A stretch of DNA of 64,000 bases. Source: an uncultured Candidatus Saccharibacteria bacterium (GTDB lineage: Bacteria > Patescibacteriota > Minisyncoccia > Phycocordibacterales > UBA6899). The translations under genes were made by a program, and so were the position numbers. The stretch is from the NCBI GenBank assembly GCA_964515375.1, contig CAZERF010000001.1, forward strand, positions 115,243 to 179,242. The letters run 5' to 3'. Under the pieces are notes generated by a model. The model made no database searches and was not told the DNA's origin. It saw only the letters and a list, made by a program, of their open reading frames with translations. This document shows positions 59,825-64,000 of the stretch, piece by piece. Positions within the stretch are counted from its first letter, which is position 1, and each line of letters begins with the position of its first letter.

Positions 59825-60691
59825 CTAAAGGCGCAAGGTTTGTAGATGTGAACGGAACGCCGGGCCGATATCAGGGCGTGCGAGTGCGTATTGCAACATT
59901 GCCTTAAGATAGTTGAGCGGATCCCCTGTTGTAAGCCACTGTCCGTCGGTCACCTCTTCGACCATAAAAGTGCCACCCTTTGCGACATATGCACTGATCG
60001 CGTCGGTGATCCAAAGCTCGTTCCCCTTGCCGAGTTTTGTTTTCTTGAGAATCTCAACGATTTCGGGGGTAAGGATCATGCGTCCAAACTGAGCAAGTTG
60101 TGAGGGCGCGGTGCCGACCGCAGGTTTTTCAACCACGCTCTCCATTTGACGAGTCCCTCGTTTTAGCTTGACGATACCATAGCGATCAACTTCTTTCTTG
60201 GGGACCTTCTGAACTCCGATGACCGGTGCTCCGTTCGCGTTGTAATTTTCGATGAGTTTTTTGGTGAAAGGTGTTTTGGAAAGCACGAGATCATCACCCC
60301 ACGCGAACACAAAGGGTTGATCGTGGAGCACATGAGAAGCAGAGAGAACCGGTGTGCCGTTTCCGTAGGGACCCTTTTGTCGAATGTAGACAAAATTCGC
60401 CATCTTTGAGATATCTTTGATGCTCTTCAATATCTGATGCTTCCCTGCTTTTGCAAGAGAATGCTCAAGCTCAAAAGAGCGATCAAAATGATCTTCGAGT
60501 GTCTTTTTGTCCCATTTGGTCACCAAGATGATATTCTCGATTCCTGATCCGACCATTTCTTCAACAACGTACTGAATGATTGGCTTATCGACAATGGGGA
60601 GCATCTCTTTCGGTTGAACCTTTGTTGCCGGCAAAAAACGCGTCCCACTTCCCGCAACCGCGATCACCGCAGTCTTAACCTTCTTGGTCAT
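59825..60691 (-). CDS. galU: UTP--glucose-1-phosphate uridylyltransferase
   Basis: AG.GTRFLPATK..PKEMLPIVDKP, VEKP. Confidence 0.92.
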   Translation of the reverse strand: MTKKVKTAVIAVAGSGTRFLPATKVQPKEMLPIVDKPIIQYVVEEMVGSGIENIILVTKWDKKTLEDHFDRSFELEHSLAKAGKHQILKSIKDISKMANFVYIRQKGPYGNGTPVLSASHVLHDQPFVFAWGDDLVLSKTPFTKKLIENYNANGAPVIGVQKVPKKEVDRYGIVKLKRGTRQMESVVEKPAVGTAPSQLAQFGRMILTPEIVEILKKTKLGKGNELWITDAISAYVAKGGTFMVEEVTDGQWLTTGDPLNYLKAMLQYALARPDIGPAFRSHLQTLRL

Positions 60692-61190
60692 GATGATGAG
60701 TCGACCGTCGAGCACTCTTGATGAAATCCTCTTCGAGGTCGGTTTGAGCTATTTTGATAAAACGCTCTTCGATATACCACATCGCTTCGAATATAAAGAG
60801 TGTGAGAAAAGTGACATATGCCGCGATGGTGTAGAGTCCGTATCCGCACGCCACGCCAACACCCGCTGCAACCCACAGACCCGCAGCTGTAGTGAGTCCT
60901 GTCAGCTCGTTGCGTTGCACAAAGATCACTCCTGCTCCCAAGAAGCCGATACCCACAACGATCTGTGATGCGACACGGAGCGGGTCAAAGACCGCCCCCG
61001 GGGAAAATTGAGCCGAAACAACGCCGGCAATGACAACAAAAAGACTTGCACCGAGCGCCACAAGTGCGTAGGTGCGCATGCCCGCTCGCTTTCCGACACG
61101 CGAACGTTCCGCCCCGATCAAAAGACCGAGTAATGTTGCAACAGAAAGTCGAATGAGGATCGTGAGATCCGAGACGGCGAATATTTCCAT
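60675..61190 (-). CDS. MgtC/SapB family membrane protein
   Basis: IG.ER...AGMRT, DP.RVASQIV.GIGFLGAG, GLTTAA..W. Confidence 0.95.
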   Translation of the reverse strand: MEIFAVSDLTILIRLSVATLLGLLIGAERSRVGKRAGMRTYALVALGASLFVVIAGVVSAQFSPGAVFDPLRVASQIVVGIGFLGAGVIFVQRNELTGLTTAAGLWVAAGVGVACGYGLYTIAAYVTFLTLFIFEAMWYIEERFIKIAQTDLEEDFIKSARRSTHHHDQEG

Positions 61191-61229
61191 TCGTCCATTA
61201 TACACCGCGCGGAAGACAGAACAATCCAC

Positions 61230-62096
61230 TTATCCCGAGTTCCTGAAGGAGAGATCGAGGTTGCATAGCGCATTTCCCTCTTCGATCACCGCATTGATCT
61301 GTTCCTTGCTCATTCCGATCTGTTCGAGAACAGCAGGCGTTGCGACAACGTCATGACAAAGAACAACACCTTCGGAAAGCAAGGCGCTTTTTTGTTTGTC
61401 TGAAAGTGTCGTGAGACAGGTTACCGGATGTGTTTGCGTGCGCTGTACAAGATCTTGCAATGTGTGCCCTTTGGGATAATTCCACCCCGTGAGCGCCAGC
61501 CCCGCACAACGGCCATATTGGATGGCCTGTGAGGTGAAGCTGGTGTTAGTGATGAGCCATGGTCGCGTATGTGTTTTCTCTTCTTTGTGATCAGTGTCAT
61601 AGCGTTTCACGATATCAAGAAAACGTGCGTGCACATACAGTGCGACCTTCACGTCGGACTTTACCTCCACTGAATTATGAAACTTTGCCTCGACAAGAAT
61701 ACGTTCGTCGGGTTTTGTCGCAAAGACATCTACTTCATGCTCGACACAGGCACCCCGCACCATAACCCCGACCTCTGTCGTATATCCTTGCGCTTCAAGG
61801 ATCTTTGCGACAAAGCGCTCGAAGGGAAACCCTGACGGACCGAGCTGCATGATGACTTTCTTCAAGCTGTATTCTGCCGCGACCGGACGATTGTAATTCT
61901 TGAGCAATGCAAAGGCATGCTCGTAGATATCACTCGTGCGCATGCCGTCACGCACATCCTTTTCGATATGCTGGACGATCTCCCGGACAAGTTCTTCGCT
62001 CGCGCGAGCGGCGCGGAGTGAACGCTCAAGTTTTCTTGTGTCCCATGGTTCACGCTCGCCCGACGCCTTGATGATAGTGATCTGGTCGAGAGTCAT
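61230..62096 (-). CDS. ATP-cone domain fused to a Mrr-like PD-(D/E)XK restriction endonuclease domain
   Basis: IIKASG.RE.WD..KL..SL (ATP cone); GFPFE.FV, EVDV, VEAK, ITN..FT..A. Confidence 0.88.
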   Translation of the reverse strand: MTLDQITIIKASGEREPWDTRKLERSLRAARASEELVREIVQHIEKDVRDGMRTSDIYEHAFALLKNYNRPVAAEYSLKKVIMQLGPSGFPFERFVAKILEAQGYTTEVGVMVRGACVEHEVDVFATKPDERILVEAKFHNSVEVKSDVKVALYVHARFLDIVKRYDTDHKEEKTHTRPWLITNTSFTSQAIQYGRCAGLALTGWNYPKGHTLQDLVQRTQTHPVTCLTTLSDKQKSALLSEGVVLCHDVVATPAVLEQIGMSKEQINAVIEEGNALCNLDLSFRNSG

Positions 62097-62097
62097 A

Positions 62098-62565
62098 TTA
62101 GCGAGTTGGGGCAGAGTTGATGATATTTCCCGAGGGATCTTGCCAGTCGGTGCGTCGCACAGACGTCATGAGCTCATCTCCGTCAAGAAAGAGGCGGATG
62201 ACAGAAACATCTTGAGGTGCTTCAACAATGGTTGAAAAAGGGTATTGCGTAGGGTACCGCGCGCAGGAAGAAGGATTGCGGTCAAAATTGTCACGCGAGG
62301 TAAGGAAAAGATCAATGCGGGCATTTGTCGCATCGTAGTCGGCGACCGTTGTCACCCCATAGCACGAATGTGCAAGCTTCACGGTTCCACTGAGACGATG
62401 GATCCCATCTTGAAATCCGTCCACGATTTTGATCGGCGAAGGATTCAAGCTGCGCGAAAGTGATGTCTCTACCGGAGCAGGAGAAGTACGCGTTGTGCTA
62501 TAGAATAAGAACCCAAATACGCCGGTCGCAAGAAGAAGTGAAACAATGATAATGAGGCGGAGCAT
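62098..62565 (-). CDS. Hypothetical exported/membrane-anchored protein
   Basis: N-terminal TM, Cys pair, beta-rich; tightly packed in the operon. Confidence 0.75.
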   Translation of the reverse strand: MLRLIIIVSLLLATGVFGFLFYSTTRTSPAPVETSLSRSLNPSPIKIVDGFQDGIHRLSGTVKLAHSCYGVTTVADYDATNARIDLFLTSRDNFDRNPSSCARYPTQYPFSTIVEAPQDVSVIRLFLDGDELMTSVRRTDWQDPSGNIINSAPTR

Positions 62566-62589
62566 GATAGTAATGATCCTATTTCGCTA

Positions 62590-63072
62590 TTATTTTACAC
62601 CGACAAGCTCTACTTCAAAAACAAGCGTCGCGTTTGGAGGAATAACCCCAGGAAATCCATCCGCTCCATATCCAAGTTCGGGAGGGATGGTCAATTTGCG
62701 CTTCTCTCCGACCTTCATCCCAAAGACGCCGATATCCCAACCTCGGATCACTTGCCCCGCGCCAAGTGTAAAGGTGAAAGGCTCACCACGTGGGATACTC
62801 GAATCAAAGACAGTCCCATCAGAAAGAGTGCCAGTGTAGTGAACGGAGACATTCTTTCCGTTCGCGGCGACATCACCCTCTCCTTTTTGCAATGTCTCGA
62901 TGTGTAATTGTGCAGTATTCTCGTTTGGCATAGTGCTTGTTGTTGATGAATAATTATTCTCAGTTGCCTCTTCAGTGGCCGGTGACCCTGTAAGAAGGAT
63001 GAGTGCGAACAACGCGACCGCCGCGAGTGCGAGGGCCACGGTGCCGTAGGTCAACTGTTCGCGTTCTTTCAT
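62590..63072 (-). CDS. FKBP-type peptidyl-prolyl isomerase, membrane-anchored
   Basis: VHYTG.L.DG.VFDSS, GQVI.GWD, IPP.LGYG, IPPNATL.FEVEL. Confidence 0.97.
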   Translation of the reverse strand: MKEREQLTYGTVALALAAVALFALILLTGSPATEEATENNYSSTTSTMPNENTAQLHIETLQKGEGDVAANGKNVSVHYTGTLSDGTVFDSSIPRGEPFTFTLGAGQVIRGWDIGVFGMKVGEKRKLTIPPELGYGADGFPGVIPPNATLVFEVELVGVK

Positions 63073-63109
63073 TCCTCCATCATACTCGATTGTGCGCGAT
63101 TATACAAAA

Positions 63110-64000
63110 TCATGACAACAAGACATGTTCCGAGACGACTCCCCCGCCAAGACATTCCTCACCGCGATACCAAACGGCGGATTGACCGGAGGCGATCCCT
63201 TCGACCTCTTCGGAAAAAGATACCTGTAGCTCTGAAGGGCTGGTCGCAGGGGTGATCGTCGCCGAATAGAGTGTATCCCGATACCGAAGACGGAGCATGA
63301 GAGAATCGTCATGCGATGGTATGTTTATAAAGTGAGCATCTTCGAGTGTCACCGTGCGCGTTTTTCCTGTGCGCAAGTCGGGGTCACGATGGCTCACGGT
63401 GATCGTATTGGCAGCAAGGTCTTTTCTTAAAACAAAATACGGAAGTTCGTTTCCGGTACGTTTGACGGTCGAGAATCCGTGACGTTGCCCGATCGTATAG
63501 AGCATCGCACCATCGTGTTCTCCGATCACATGTCCTTCTGTATCGAGCACCGAACCTTTTTTTGTTGCGAGATAGTGCTTCAAGAAATCGGCCATATTTA
63601 CTTGCCCCATAAAGCAAAGCCCCTGACTATCCTTCTTTTCCGCATTGGGGAGTCCGAACTCGCGTGCAAGCGCACGAACCTCGCTCTTCAGAAACCCCCC
63701 AACAGGAAAAAGCGCGTGGGAAAGTTGCTCTTGTGTGAGTGTCCACAAAAAATAGGACTGGTCCTTGTTCGGATCCTTCCCCGCAAAGAGATGCATCGCT
63801 TCATCGTCCCCACGAAGCACGCGCGCGTAGTGACCCGTGGCGATCATATCGGCGCCGTGACTGCGGGCAAATTCAATGAACGCGCCGAATTTTACCTCCT
63901 TGTTGCACATCACATCAGGGTTGGGAACTCTCCCCCGCGCGTATTCGCGGATCATATAATCCACAACTCCCTCCTTGTATTCTTTTTCAAGATCGAGTGT
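63110..64000 (-). CDS. mnmA: tRNA 2-thiouridylase MnmA (5' end outside the window)
   Basis: PNPDVMCN.EVKF, ATGHYA, KDQSYFL, SQGLCF, TIGQR, GQSAV; frame open to the window edge. Confidence 0.97.
   Translation of the reverse strand, partial: TLDLEKEYKEGVVDYMIREYARGRVPNPDVMCNKEVKFGAFIEFARSHGADMIATGHYARVLRGDDEAMHLFAGKDPNKDQSYFLWTLTQEQLSHALFPVGGFLKSEVRALAREFGLPNAEKKDSQGLCFMGQVNMADFLKHYLATKKGSVLDTEGHVIGEHDGAMLYTIGQRHGFSTVKRTGNELPYFVLRKDLAANTITVSHRDPDLRTGKTRTVTLEDAHFINIPSHDDSLMLRLRYRDTLYSATITPATSPSELQVSFSEEVEGIASGQSAVWYRGEECLGGGVVSEHVLLS

Overview
This is a gene-dense bacterial chromosome segment using the standard code (TGA = stop). It looks like a Patescibacteria/CPR genome, most likely Parcubacteria. 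That assignment is inferred from minimal atpH/atpC, AspRS without the GAD insert, AlaRS without C-Ala, a short L13, divergent MraY, an FtsA-like + baseplate-J-like gene pair before infA, and sparse Shine-Dalgarno sites. Core content: an F-type ATP synthase operon with three intercalated orphan genes, a P-type ATPase, rmuC, recR-dnaB, a MarR-MFP-RND efflux operon, five aminoacyl-tRNA synthetases, a cell-wall/segregation cluster (scpAB, DD-carboxypeptidase, mraY, ftsW, murG, M23 peptidase), grpE-dnaK-dnaJ, the infA-to-rpsI ribosomal cluster, tsaC, pyrH, PLD, galU, MgtC, an ATP-cone nuclease, FKBP and partial mnmA. There is one tRNA-Pro(GGG) and no rRNA, CRISPR, transposase or integrase. Best leads: (1) an AT-richer cassette at 39952-44003 encoding a PlsC/HdtS-family acyltransferase, an unannotated protein with class II aldolase-like metal motifs, and a translationally coupled 7TM histidine kinase, which is a candidate lipid-signal synthesis and sensing system; (2) tRNA-Pro flanked by two degenerate copies of itself; (3) about 16 core genes with a -10 box 6-9 nt before the ATG, suggesting leaderless mRNAs. 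All product calls come from motif recognition by eye; no searches were run.
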